This document shows positions 40,882 to 49,794 of a DNA stretch of 64,000 nt, piece after piece. The DNA is taken from positions 11,718 through 75,717 of the IMG/VR virus record IMGVR_UViG_3300025626_000015; one strand, written 5' to 3'. Below the pieces are notes generated by a model, which worked only from the letters and a program-made list of their open reading frames with translations, searched no databases and had not been told where the DNA came from. Each line of letters begins with the position of its first letter. The first letter of the stretch is position 1. Origin of the DNA: a virus. Position numbers and translations under genes: made by a program.

Positions 40882-41582
40882 AATCATTTTTAAAAGAAAT
40901 CGAATCTAAGTTTCAAGAAATAAACGAAAAAGATTGGGATGGCGACGGCGAACAAGAATCTGCTAGCGATGAATATATGGGCGTTAAAGATAAAGCTATA
41001 AAAAAAGCAATGAAGAAAGAAAACGCAAAACCAGACTTTTTAGATTTAGACAATGATGGTGACACTGAAGAAGATATGAAAGATGCTGCTGCAGCTAACG
41101 AAGCTATTGTAGCAAAAGATGAGATTGAATTAGAAAAATTATCAAAAGACCCAAAATTCAAAGATCAAGATATTAAATTAGCAGAAGCAGATATAGAAGA
41201 ACAAAATGTAACCGGAGCAATAGCCGGCTATCAGACACCAAATGCATTTTCAACAAAAGCACAAGCAAAAAAGAAAAAGCAAATGAAATATGAGTCTGTA
41301 CAAAAAGCACTTGACAAAAAATATGAAGCAATGATTGAATCATATTCTAGATTTGCAACAAGTAATCCAAAATCAACTCCATCTCAAACTGTTAATGGCA
41401 CAATTAAAGAAGTAGCAAAAAAATTACAAGAAATAGAGCAATTAGTTAAATATACATCTAGATTAAAAACAGAATCTGGAATTGCCGGATCATCATATGG
41501 AAAGTCTACTCATAATGCATTATCAAAAATTTCTGAACGATTATTAAAAATATCAGAACGAGTAAGAAGTTTAGGAGAATAA
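40878..41582 (+). CDS. head-module protein with DxDxDG motifs
   Basis: DWDGDGEQE and DLDNDGDTEE; LKE/INE/IEE sites. Confidence 0.7.
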   Translation: MKSFLKEIESKFQEINEKDWDGDGEQESASDEYMGVKDKAIKKAMKKENAKPDFLDLDNDGDTEEDMKDAAAANEAIVAKDEIELEKLSKDPKFKDQDIKLAEADIEEQNVTGAIAGYQTPNAFSTKAQAKKKKQMKYESVQKALDKKYEAMIESYSRFATSNPKSTPSQTVNGTIKEVAKKLQEIEQLVKYTSRLKTESGIAGSSYGKSTHNALSKISERLLKISERVRSLGE

Positions 41583-41583
41583 T

Positions 41584-42207
41584 ATGAGTAAGAATTTATT
41601 ATTAGAATATATACCATTTAAGCCTATCGGCCCTGTTAATGAGCAAATGGCTTCACAATTTGGAGTTCCTGGCGGATTAGTAGTACAAGGGGTATTACAA
41701 CGAGCAGGAGCTAAGAATCAAAACGGAAGAGTATATCCTAAACATATATTAGATAGAGAAGCTAAAAAATATCAAAAAGAATATATTGATCAAAATAGAG
41801 CATTAGGGGAATTAGATCATCCTGAATCTTCTGTTGTTAATTTAAATAACGTTTCTCATAACATTTTAAAAATGTGGTGGGATAAAGATGATTTAATGGG
41901 AGCCGTACAAATATTAGAAACACCAGCTGGAAAAATATTAAAATCATTATTCGATGCTGGTATTACATTAGGAATATCTAGTAGAGGATTAGGCTCAGTA
42001 AAAGAATTATATAAAGAATCTGCAGTAGAAGTGCAGGAAGATTTTGAATTAATTTGTTTTGATTTTGTTTCAAATCCTTCAACCCATGGAGCATTTTTAA
42101 GACCAATGAATGAATCAGTAAACAAATCAACAAAAGATTATAAAAAAGTAAATGATATTATTACATCAATATTATGTGATAGTGGAAAATGTAGGATTTT
42201 ACCATGA
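41584..42207 (+). CDS. gp21: prohead protease (T4 gp21-like)
   Basis: NQNGRVYP, ALGELDHP, VSH, TPAGKIL, GISSRGLGS, DFVSNPS. Confidence 0.95.
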   Translation: MSKNLLLEYIPFKPIGPVNEQMASQFGVPGGLVVQGVLQRAGAKNQNGRVYPKHILDREAKKYQKEYIDQNRALGELDHPESSVVNLNNVSHNILKMWWDKDDLMGAVQILETPAGKILKSLFDAGITLGISSRGLGSVKELYKESAVEVQEDFELICFDFVSNPSTHGAFLRPMNESVNKSTKDYKKVNDIITSILCDSGKCRILP

Positions 42208-42569
42208 AATTTAAAGAAATATTAGAAGCATTAGAAAGAGAACCTGTAAAAGTAACAACTGAACAAAAGCGTGAATTTGTAGAAGCTGTAAAAGGATATT
42301 CACAATTAGGTGAATCTGTATATGGTAAAGGAGATCTTCAAGAATTATGCGAACGTGTTAAATATATGGTAGAAATGGCTCAGCAAGTAACATTATCAGA
42401 AGGAGATTGGTTTGACGGCATTACAGTTAACAGACACATGAAAGGCCTTAATGAATCATATAAAGTTTTTGAGAAAACTGCAAAAGAAATTTCACAGCTA
42501 CAAGAAAGACTTTCTGCTTCATATGAAGATATTGGACAAGGATTAAATAAATATTTTGATGTAAATTAA
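42204..42569 (+). CDS. hypothetical helical protein
   Basis: 121 aa, MKFKEILE leader, ATGA overlap with protease. Confidence 0.7.
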   Translation: MKFKEILEALEREPVKVTTEQKREFVEAVKGYSQLGESVYGKGDLQELCERVKYMVEMAQQVTLSEGDWFDGITVNRHMKGLNESYKVFEKTAKEISQLQERLSASYEDIGQGLNKYFDVN

Positions 42570-42570
42570 T

Positions 42571-42599
42571 TTTGAACTTATAAAATAAATTATTATAAT
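42571..42599 (+). promoter_or_regulatory. sigma70-like promoter (class A) for the bS21 unit
   Basis: TTTGAA-N17-TATAAT upstream of ATG 42611. Confidence 0.6.
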
Positions 42600-42610
42600 A
42601 AAGGAAATAG

Positions 42611-42982
42611 ATGTCAAACATTGATAACATGTATCATCAATATTTTGGAATGAAATCTCAAACTAATGAAGCTGATTTAATTAATAAAATATCAGACTAC
42701 AAAGGAGGATTTCTTTATAAATTAATTGATCCAGCAACAGCAGGAAATGTAAAAGCTGATATACAAGCATTTTTAAATAAAAAAGGAATGCATGTTATTA
42801 AAACTAAATTTGACGATGCATCTGGAAAAGGATTTTTTTATGTTAGATTAGGAGAAGATCCTGCAAAAGAATCTCAACGAATTCAAGGATTCATAAGTCA
42901 ATTACCAGAAGTAGAAAAATTTAAGTTTACATTACGACCAATACAAAAACAACAAGTTACACCAAATCCTTCAAATGAATAA
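42611..42982 (+). CDS. hypothetical protein, predicted ferredoxin-like fold (ACT- or bS6-like)
   Basis: beta-alpha-beta-beta-alpha-beta hydrophobicity pattern; overlaps bS21 start. Confidence 0.6.
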   Translation: MSNIDNMYHQYFGMKSQTNEADLINKISDYKGGFLYKLIDPATAGNVKADIQAFLNKKGMHVIKTKFDDASGKGFFYVRLGEDPAKESQRIQGFISQLPEVEKFKFTLRPIQKQQVTPNPSNE

Positions 42983-43211
42983 ACAAATAAAACATCACAA
43001 ATCTATAGTACCAGGCAAATCAAATTCAACTAAAGTTATTAACAAAGATATAAACTTTGCATTAAGACTTTGGAAGAAACAATTAAAATCATCAGATTCA
43101 ATTGATAAATTAAAATCTTTAAAAGAATTTGAAAAACCTAGTATCACTAAAAGACGACAAAAACAAGCAGCTATATATAAACAAAAAATATCTGATATGT
43201 ATTCTGACTAA
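42975..43211 (+). CDS. rpsU: phage-encoded 30S ribosomal protein bS21
   Basis: KVINKDINFALRLWKKQ...LKSLKEFEKPSITKRRQKQAAIY matches the bS21 ALRxFK...xEKPSxxR signature. Confidence 0.88.
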   Translation: MNKQIKHHKSIVPGKSNSTKVINKDINFALRLWKKQLKSSDSIDKLKSLKEFEKPSITKRRQKQAAIYKQKISDMYSD

Positions 43212-43237
43212 TACATTAATGTATTAATATATTTAAT

Positions 43238-43266
43238 AAGGTCCTGATTAAGTTCAGGACCTTTTT
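43238..43266 (+). terminator. intrinsic terminator after bS21
   Basis: AAGGTCCTGA-ttaagt-TCAGGACCTT then TTT-ACTG. Confidence 0.85.
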
Positions 43267-43287
43267 ACTGTTTTTTAACTTCATCTA

Positions 43288-43295
43288 TATTTATA
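43288..43295 (+). promoter_or_regulatory. putative late promoter TATTTATA for scaffold-capsid operon
   Basis: Just after terminator, about 100 nt before ATG 43397. Confidence 0.7.
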
Positions 43296-43396
43296 GTAAA
43301 TACATTATCTCTATATATAATGTCAATATAATCAATTATTCTATTAAGATTACAAATAATCTTATTTCCAAAATAAAAATTTAAGGAGAACAAGTA

Positions 43397-44431
43397 ATGA
43401 ACGGGAAATCGGACTTACTAAAAGAAGCAATTGCAGATGCCAAAGCCGTTAAGGAAACAGCATTAGCAAACGCTAAAATAGCTCTTGAAGAAGCTTTTGC
43501 TCCTAGAATCGAAGCAATGCTATCAACAAAACTTTCTGAAGATTTATACGAAGACGAAATGGAAGACGACGTCGCAGCTCCAGTAGCTGACGCACCTGTC
43601 GAAGAACATGACGTTATGTATGAGCCTGAAGCAGAAGGCGGAGAAGATATGGAAGCACCTGCACCAGAAATGGATGTTGAAATGGATATGGAAATGCCTG
43701 CTGAAGAACCAGTAGTTGCAGATGACATGGAAATGGAAGGCATGATGTATGATGTAGATGAAGATCCATCTGATCCTAATAGTAGTGTTGAAGAAGATCT
43801 AGAATTAGAAGCAATCATAAGAGAGTTAGAAGAAGATTTAAATGAAGAAGAATTAACTGAAGATGGTCATAATAATGACGCAGCTGATTCTACAGACTCA
43901 AAAGGAAATGATTTAATGTCAGAACCAAAAGAAATGAAAAATGAAGAATTCAATATTGATGAAATCATTGAAGAAATTCTTTCGGAAGAAGACAAAGAAG
44001 AACCTAAAGAAAAAGTAGAAGAAGGTGAGCATGATGATAAAGAATCTAAAGAAAAAGTAGAAGAAATGACTGAAGAATTAACTGAAGCATATGACACTAT
44101 TGAATCTTTAAGAGACACTATCAATGAAGTTAATCTTTTAAATGCAAAACTTCTTTACACGAATAAATTATTCAGAAATTTTGAATTATCAGAAAGTCAA
44201 AAAATGACAGTTATCGAAAATTTCGATAGAGCTGGTAATACAAGAGAAGTTAAATTAGTATTTAGTACATTAGCAGAAAATTTTACAGTTCCTGTAAAAA
44301 AGAGACAAATGGTAAAAGAAGGCTCAGCCTCTAAACCAGTTGAATCAACTGCACCTGTATCTAAATCAATAATCAATGAAGGTAATCAATTAGCTAACAG
44401 ATGGAAGAAGTTAGCCGGATTACTAGATTAA
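43397..44431 (+). CDS. prohead core/scaffolding protein (gp22-like position)
   Basis: Highly acidic, coiled coil, many [ILV]-x-E sites, directly upstream of major capsid. Confidence 0.8.
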   Translation: MNGKSDLLKEAIADAKAVKETALANAKIALEEAFAPRIEAMLSTKLSEDLYEDEMEDDVAAPVADAPVEEHDVMYEPEAEGGEDMEAPAPEMDVEMDMEMPAEEPVVADDMEMEGMMYDVDEDPSDPNSSVEEDLELEAIIRELEEDLNEEELTEDGHNNDAADSTDSKGNDLMSEPKEMKNEEFNIDEIIEEILSEEDKEEPKEKVEEGEHDDKESKEKVEEMTEELTEAYDTIESLRDTINEVNLLNAKLLYTNKLFRNFELSESQKMTVIENFDRAGNTREVKLVFSTLAENFTVPVKKRQMVKEGSASKPVESTAPVSKSIINEGNQLANRWKKLAGLLD

Positions 44432-44448
44432 AAAAGGAAAATAAAAAA

Positions 44449-46110
44449 ATGGAAATTTCATCTTTATTAGAAGATAACAATCCTTCCCAAAGAAATGCAG
44501 CTAAAGCAACTGTTAATAAATGGGAAAGAACAGGACTCCTTGAAGGATTAAAAGGAGAAACTGAAAAAGCCGGAATGGCTCAGCTTCTAGAAAACCAGGC
44601 TAGACAACTTGTAAAAGAAGCGTCTGCAACTGGTACGACAGAAGGATCAGAAGAATGGGCTGGTGTAGCACTTCCATTGGTAAGAAGAATCTTTGCTGAA
44701 TTTGCAGCAAAAGAATTTGTTTCTGTACAACCAATGAACTTGCCATCAGGACTAGTATTTTATTTGGATTTCAAATACGGTACTGCACAACCAGGATTCG
44801 ATGACGATAACGCAGACAGTTTAGCACAAACAGGTGATCCTTTTGGACCACAAAGTGCAGCTGATTCTATGTTTGGTATAACTACTACCGAAAATGACCC
44901 ATCAGGTGGTCTTTATGGTGCTGGTAGATTTGGATACTCAATCAATGAGATAGCAGTTACTGCTTCAGGTACTATTGGTACTGCAACATCATCATCTGTA
45001 AACTATGATTCTGCATATACTGATATATTAGCTGCCAACCCACATACGGTTGTTAGCATACCATTATCATCATTGTCTGGATCAGATACTACTGCAGTAA
45101 GATCATTTATTATTGCAACTGGTTCCGGTGGTACTGTTAATCAAGTAAGTGCATTTACAAAAGTAAACGCTGCTAAGACACATGTTGAGTTTGTAATTAC
45201 TGGTTCAAATAGCTTAAGTCCATCTGCTGGTGATTATATTGTAAAATATAGTGCTCAACCATCTGATATATCTAGAGGAGACTTTGAAGATTCAAATCCT
45301 TTCAAAGGTTCTGGTGCTGGTACAGGTATCAATAATGGTACTGATATTGACATTCCAGAAGTTAATTTAGAAATGCAATCAGATCCTATAGTTGCTAAGA
45401 CTAGAAAACTAAAGGCTGTTTGGACTCCTGAATTTGCTCAAGATTTAAATGCATACCATTCAATTGACGCTGAAGCTGAATTAACTTCAATGTTAAGCGA
45501 ATATGTATCAATGGAAATTGATCTTGAAATTTTAGATATGTTAATCAATGGTGCAGTAACAACTGAATATTGGTCAGCTGAATCTAATCAATTCTTTTCT
45601 CCATCACAAAATAAATTTGTTGGAAAAGATGTAGCCGGTGGCGGATATTATAATACACAAGGAGAGTGGTTCCAAACTTTAGGAACTAAACTTCAAAAAG
45701 TATCTAACAAAATTCATCAAAAAACACTTAGAGGTGGTGCTAATTTCTTAGTTACTTCACCTGCTGTTGCAACTATCCTAGAATCAATTCCTGGATTTGC
45801 TGCTGACACAGATGGTAACAAAATGGAATTTGCTGCTGGTGTTCAAAAAATTGGTGCAATCAATAATAGATACACAGTATATAAAAACCCTTACATGAAA
45901 GAGAACGTAATCCTTATGGGTTATAGAGGAGCACAATTCCTTGAAACTGGTGCAGTTTATTCACCATATGTTCCATTAATCATGACTCCACTAGTATACG
46001 ATCCTGTTAATTTCACCCCAAGAAAAGGTGTAATGACAAGATATGCTAAGAAAATGGTAAGACCAGAATTCTACGGTAAAGTATATGTTGCTGGATTAAA
46101 TTCTATTTAA
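44449..46110 (+). CDS. gp23: major capsid protein (T4 gp23-like)
   Basis: LLENQ, LPLVRR, VQPMNLPSGLVFYL, AKTRKLKAVWTPEFAQDLNAYHSIDAEAEL, YSPYVPL, GVMTRY; ATG 44449 preferred over 44401. Confidence 0.97.
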   Translation: MEISSLLEDNNPSQRNAAKATVNKWERTGLLEGLKGETEKAGMAQLLENQARQLVKEASATGTTEGSEEWAGVALPLVRRIFAEFAAKEFVSVQPMNLPSGLVFYLDFKYGTAQPGFDDDNADSLAQTGDPFGPQSAADSMFGITTTENDPSGGLYGAGRFGYSINEIAVTASGTIGTATSSSVNYDSAYTDILAANPHTVVSIPLSSLSGSDTTAVRSFIIATGSGGTVNQVSAFTKVNAAKTHVEFVITGSNSLSPSAGDYIVKYSAQPSDISRGDFEDSNPFKGSGAGTGINNGTDIDIPEVNLEMQSDPIVAKTRKLKAVWTPEFAQDLNAYHSIDAEAELTSMLSEYVSMEIDLEILDMLINGAVTTEYWSAESNQFFSPSQNKFVGKDVAGGGYYNTQGEWFQTLGTKLQKVSNKIHQKTLRGGANFLVTSPAVATILESIPGFAADTDGNKMEFAAGVQKIGAINNRYTVYKNPYMKENVILMGYRGAQFLETGAVYSPYVPLIMTPLVYDPVNFTPRKGVMTRYAKKMVRPEFYGKVYVAGLNSI

Positions 46111-46150
46111 TAGTTAAATAACTAATTAAATTTTATTTAAACTAATATCT

Positions 46151-46180
46151 GGAAGGGATGATTTATTTCATCCCTTTCTT
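46151..46180 (+). terminator. intrinsic terminator after major capsid gene
   Basis: GGAAGGGATGA-tttatt-TCATCCCTTTC then TT-ACTG. Confidence 0.8.
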
Positions 46181-46190
46181 ACTGTTTTGA

Positions 46191-46198
46191 TATTTATA
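46191..46198 (+). promoter_or_regulatory. putative late promoter TATTTATA
   Basis: Upstream of ATG 46213. Confidence 0.65.
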
Positions 46199-46212
46199 AT
46201 AAAAGAAGTACT

Positions 46213-46488
46213 ATGGCAGCCCCAAGAACAAAATATTCAATACAAGCAAGAATAAAATATAAAGGTAATTTAGTTGACGTTTTAGATAGAATACGAGCTA
46301 TACGTATGGTATTAATGGTTCATATAGAACAAGATTTAGGCAAAGGATCTGAATTAATAACAATAAAAGTTTTATCTCCATATTCAGCTAAAAAAACGTT
46401 TCAAGCAATTCAACAATTAAGTACAAGAAAAATTGAGACATTGGAACAAATGGCATTATTAAATAGTACACTAACAAAATTACAATAA
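46213..46488 (+). CDS. hypothetical protein
   Basis: 91 aa, alternating beta/alpha pattern. Confidence 0.7.
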   Translation: MAAPRTKYSIQARIKYKGNLVDVLDRIRAIRMVLMVHIEQDLGKGSELITIKVLSPYSAKKTFQAIQQLSTRKIETLEQMALLNSTLTKLQ

Positions 46489-46500
46489 GAAAGAATTATA

Positions 46501-47727
46501 ATGGCAGATTATAGTGTAAGTAAACCAATTTGGCCTGGAAGTTCATCTTTCACAACAGGATCAACACCATTTGGGTTTTTTGATACAGATCCAATGTTCC
46601 AAACTCAAGCAGATAGTTTTGCAAATCACGCAGCACAAAACGTTGGATATCCAATTATGGATGTAGAACTACTAGATATAAACTTTTATAATGCATTTGA
46701 ATCATCTGTGATTGAATATTCAAATCAAGTTAATCAAGTTAATATTGCCAATAACTTATTAAACACATTAGGTATACAAACAGGATCTAATTTTTTAACA
46801 GATAACTCTTTTACTGACACATTAATAGGATCATCACTATCATATATTACAAAATTATCAAAAACATATGGTACGGAAGCTGATTCTGGTGGTAATTTAA
46901 AATGGTATTCTGCTTCAATTGCAATTAAGCCAGGACAACAAACATATAGTATAAGAACAGCGGTATCAGAAAGTTTAGGAATTATATTATCAAATACTAG
47001 TTCAATTGAAATTAAACGGGTTTTACATAATGTTCCTCCAGCTATTATAAGATATTTTGATCCATTTGTAGGAACAGGCTTAGGCTCTCAAAATTTAATG
47101 GATGCATTTGACTTTGGAGGATTTTCTCCGTCAGTTAATTTTATGATGATGCCATTACATCAAGATTTATTAAGAATACAAACTATAGAATTTAATGATA
47201 GAATTAGAAAATCACATTTTTCTTTTGAAATACATGGTGATGATATAAGATTATATCCAACTCCTGGAACAACTGGAACTGCTGCAAGTCCATTTTATAA
47301 AAACGTTTGGTTTGAATTTTTATTTGAAGAAAAGAAAGCTGATGAAGCTATATTATTCGGTAATGCAGCTGCTATGACCGGAGCAGTATCAGACGGATCT
47401 AATATTCCATATACATATCAAAAATATTCTCAAATCAATGACGTAGGAAGATCATGGATATTTAGATATGGGTCTGCATTAGTGAAAGAAATGTTAGGAT
47501 ACGTACGAAGTAAATATTCTTCAGTACCAATTCCAAATTCAGAAGTAACATTAAACGGATCAGAATTAGTAACACAAGGTCAATCTGAAAAAGACGCATT
47601 AATTACGCAATTACGAGAATTTCTAGACAAACTAACAAAGGAAAGTATGATGACACGACAACAAGCTGAAAATGATGCAATGAATGAAGTTTTGTCAAAG
47701 ATACCAACTAAAATATACGTAGGATAA
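46501..47727 (+). CDS. gp13: neck protein / head-tail adaptor (gp13-like)
   Basis: GYPIMDVEL N-terminal motif, WIFRY...KEMLG...KY...VTLNG C-terminal motif. Confidence 0.78.
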   Translation: MADYSVSKPIWPGSSSFTTGSTPFGFFDTDPMFQTQADSFANHAAQNVGYPIMDVELLDINFYNAFESSVIEYSNQVNQVNIANNLLNTLGIQTGSNFLTDNSFTDTLIGSSLSYITKLSKTYGTEADSGGNLKWYSASIAIKPGQQTYSIRTAVSESLGIILSNTSSIEIKRVLHNVPPAIIRYFDPFVGTGLGSQNLMDAFDFGGFSPSVNFMMMPLHQDLLRIQTIEFNDRIRKSHFSFEIHGDDIRLYPTPGTTGTAASPFYKNVWFEFLFEEKKADEAILFGNAAAMTGAVSDGSNIPYTYQKYSQINDVGRSWIFRYGSALVKEMLGYVRSKYSSVPIPNSEVTLNGSELVTQGQSEKDALITQLREFLDKLTKESMMTRQQAENDAMNEVLSKIPTKIYVG

Positions 47728-47729
47728 AA

Positions 47730-48251
47730 ATGGCATTATTTGGTACTCAACGTGATGCAAAATTTTTAGCATCTATTAATGCAGAATTATTAAATGCAAT
47801 AGTTGATACTGAAATAGAATTTTATAAATTAATAATCGAAGATTCAAATTCTAATATATACGGCGAATCAGTTAACAAAACATATTTTAATTATATATTA
47901 ATTCCAGCTTTAATTACTAAAGAAGGAAAAACTTCTGAAATGGACGATTATGGTCACACATATACACGTACCGCTCAATTTGGAATATCTAGAGATATTT
48001 TAGAAAAAGCTTCATTTTATCCGGAAGTTGGAGATATTATCAAATGGGATAATGAATTTTATGAATTAGACAATGTAGATGCAAATCAATATTTCGCCGG
48101 CAAGAATCCTGACACATGGGCTAATGGTAATAAATTTGGATATAGCGTATCTGTTTTATGTGATGCTCACGTAACAAGACAAACTCCAGCTAATATTAGA
48201 AAAATGAAATTTGGTGTAACAGATGATAAACAATCATATAAAGGATTTTAA
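47730..48251 (+). CDS. gp14: neck / head closure protein (gp14-like)
   Basis: IYGE, PEVGDII, FYEL; position after gp13-like gene. Confidence 0.7.
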   Translation: MALFGTQRDAKFLASINAELLNAIVDTEIEFYKLIIEDSNSNIYGESVNKTYFNYILIPALITKEGKTSEMDDYGHTYTRTAQFGISRDILEKASFYPEVGDIIKWDNEFYELDNVDANQYFAGKNPDTWANGNKFGYSVSVLCDAHVTRQTPANIRKMKFGVTDDKQSYKGF

Positions 48252-49486
48252 TGTCTAGATTTAAAAATTTTAATATAGATCGAAAACAAGACAAACCAGA
48301 ATTGCGTAATTCTGAATCTGTTAGAGATGATCAAACATTTGATAGATCTTCACAAATTCGAAGAGATGATGATGTAATTAAAACTCCTAGAAGAACCGTT
48401 TACAATATTGACTATGCATTAAAATGGTTTATAGAAAATTCAATACAACCTAAAATAACTGGAGCTGATAACAAATTAATTGATGTTCCTGTAATTTATT
48501 CTAATGCAGAAAAGTGGGATAGTGTAAGAAGATTAGGTTATATACGAGATGAAAAAGGAATGTTACAATCTCCATTAATAATATTAAAAAGAAATTCAAT
48601 ACAAGAAAGAGATCAATTAAAAAAGTTAGACGTTAATCGATTTGTACCTGGAAATAGTATTATATATAAACAACAATATAATTCTAGAAATCAATATATT
48701 GATCAAATATTCCCTATACCAGCTATACCAAAAGAAAATTCTGCAGAATTATATTCAGTCAATATACCGGAATATATTGATGTAGAATACGATCTTTTAA
48801 TGTGGACTGATTTTACAACACAAATGAATGAATTAATAGAACAATTAATGCCATATGGCGGATTTGCATGGGGAAATGAATCTAATAAATATCGAACACA
48901 TATAAGAAATTTAAGTTTCGAAACTGTAAATACAGTAGGAAATGATCGATTAGTTAGATGTACAGCTCCATTAACAGTTAATGGTACATTATTAGGAGAA
49001 CAAGAATACAGATTATCAACAATACAAAAAAAATATTCTTTAAAACAATTAACATGGGATTTTGTAGTAGATGCAGATGAATTATTTAATACAACCGATT
49101 TTGGCTCTTTATTACCAGCAGCTTCTCCCGAATTACCTGTTAGTTCACTAGTAAGAATAACAACCCCTGGAGGTGGCACTCCTATAATAATAAACCCAGA
49201 TCTTATGGAATATATAACAAAATTAAGAGAAGTAGTAGGCACTGCTCAAAACTCAACAACTGTCACTGTAAATGACACTGCAGGAACTAATCCATCAACA
49301 TTAACAGTTGCTACAAAAGCAGAGTTTGATATTTATGTTAATGGTCAATATGTAGACAAAGCTTTATATACATGGACGCCGGCGTTAACTAGTCCACAAA
49401 CAGTTGTTTTTAATACTGGTACAATGGGATATGATTTAGATACCGAAGATATAATTATAATAAATGGCAGATGGTCGTTAATTTAA
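48251..49486 (+). CDS. gp15: tail terminator / sheath stabiliser (gp15-like) with C-terminal extension
   Basis: VPVIYSNAEKW, PEYIDVEYDL...QMNELIEQL. Confidence 0.72.
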   Translation: MSRFKNFNIDRKQDKPELRNSESVRDDQTFDRSSQIRRDDDVIKTPRRTVYNIDYALKWFIENSIQPKITGADNKLIDVPVIYSNAEKWDSVRRLGYIRDEKGMLQSPLIILKRNSIQERDQLKKLDVNRFVPGNSIIYKQQYNSRNQYIDQIFPIPAIPKENSAELYSVNIPEYIDVEYDLLMWTDFTTQMNELIEQLMPYGGFAWGNESNKYRTHIRNLSFETVNTVGNDRLVRCTAPLTVNGTLLGEQEYRLSTIQKKYSLKQLTWDFVVDADELFNTTDFGSLLPAASPELPVSSLVRITTPGGGTPIIINPDLMEYITKLREVVGTAQNSTTVTVNDTAGTNPSTLTVATKAEFDIYVNGQYVDKALYTWTPALTSPQTVVFNTGTMGYDLDTEDIIIINGRWSLI

Positions 49487-49504
49487 TAATCAAGGAATAC
49501 TAAA

Positions 49505-49729
49505 ATGGCAAGAAGAATTCGAGGAAAACAATTAGCAAAACATTTGGTATTAACAGGATCATTATCAATATCAGGTTCCGGATCTACATTACCTAATTCA
49601 GCATCATTATCAATTGACGGGGGAGTAAACAGAAGTGATTCTGCAACAGATCAAATCTTAGGAAATTTTGATGCTGGAACGTTTCATGATGACCTACCGG
49701 CTTCTGGAAATAAACAAGTAATAATTTAA
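49505..49729 (+). CDS. small virion protein
   Basis: RIRGKQL N-terminus, TGS/SGS/SAS motifs, DAGTF. Confidence 0.6.
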   Translation: MARRIRGKQLAKHLVLTGSLSISGSGSTLPNSASLSIDGGVNRSDSATDQILGNFDAGTFHDDLPASGNKQVII

Positions 49730-49750
49730 TAGTTTTTAATAATAGTTTTA

Positions 49751-49758
49751 TATTTATA
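49751..49758 (+). promoter_or_regulatory. putative late promoter TATTTATA
   Basis: Upstream of ATG 49795. Confidence 0.65.
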
Positions 49759-49794
49759 TTAAATATTCAAAACACAACAAAAGGATTTTAATCA

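Noticed and set aside
44401-44448. Longer N-terminus for the major capsid protein
   Set aside because: Overlaps the scaffold stop; AAAGGA box and A-rich spacer favour ATG 44449
36576-46110. Introns or inteins in terminase, portal or capsid genes
   Set aside because: ORFs are uninterrupted, of ordinary length, with no intein terminal motifs noticed
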